A stretch of DNA of 60,874 nt, counting the filler, from Sphacelaria rigidula (Eukaryota): assembly GCA_964200075.2 (NCBI GenBank). It is 9 parts of 9 records of this genome, joined end to end, with 100 filler letters (N's around TTAATTAATTAA, not from the genome) between each part and the next. Parts side by side here need not be neighbours in the genome. Positions count along the whole stretch, not along the records: positions 54,201 to 60,874 come from CAXNAA020018704.1; 8 more parts are not named here. One strand, written 5' to 3'. Positions 60,651 through 60,874 of this stretch are shown here, piece after piece (position 1 is the stretch's first letter; each line of letters opens with the position of its first letter). The notes beneath the pieces were generated by a model. It was not told the origin of the DNA. It made no database searches and saw nothing but the letters and a program-made list of their open reading frames with translations. The position numbers were made by a program, and so were the translations under genes.

Positions 60651-60874
60651 GATGTGCGACAGCGCGCACACATACCGAAAGGTGTAGACTGCCGTCCAGA
60701 ATAAACGGGATGACAGCACACAACCACACACACAGATATGCGGGTCCAAGTAGTGGTTGTTGTCGTTCTTGTTGTCCCCCCCTCCTCTTTTCCGGTTAGA
60801 CACCCATGAGGCAGTGTATAATCCGTCGCTGTCTCTGGAAGTGGCGATGCCACAAAATAAAGCAACTCATTGTT

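Overview
This is eukaryotic nuclear DNA, very probably from a brown alga (Phaeophyceae, Ectocarpus-like). The evidence is an EsV-1-7-repeat gene, short GC-rich exons separated by 1-3.5 kb repeat-filled introns, tRNA-SINEs and microsatellites. The window is not one locus. It is nine contigs of 6674-6676 bp joined by artificial N44-TTAATTAATTAA-N44 spacers, so gene adjacency across spacers is meaningless. The ORF track is mostly uninformative, so genes were rebuilt by hand from splice sites. Partial host genes found: an ankyrin/coiled-coil protein, an S8 subtilisin-like protease, an EsV-1-7 repeat protein, RAD50 (possibly with a GC-AG intron) and an ASH2/Bre2-like SPRY protein. The most notable elements are: (1) a 10-exon, ~1200-codon, recently inactivated P-element-like DDE transposase filling contig 8; (2) a structurally complete but internally deleted 1.7-kb Ngaro/PAT-type tyrosine-recombinase retroelement with A1..B1A2..B2 split direct repeats, inserted at a GTAT core; (3) a chain of about 8 piggyBac-type mini-MITEs; (4) a minisatellite derived from LINE RT coding sequence. 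There are also hAT derivatives, foldback MITEs and decayed Gypsy and LINE fragments. No CRISPR, rRNA or true tRNA gene was seen. All family assignments rest on motif recognition by eye, not database searches.
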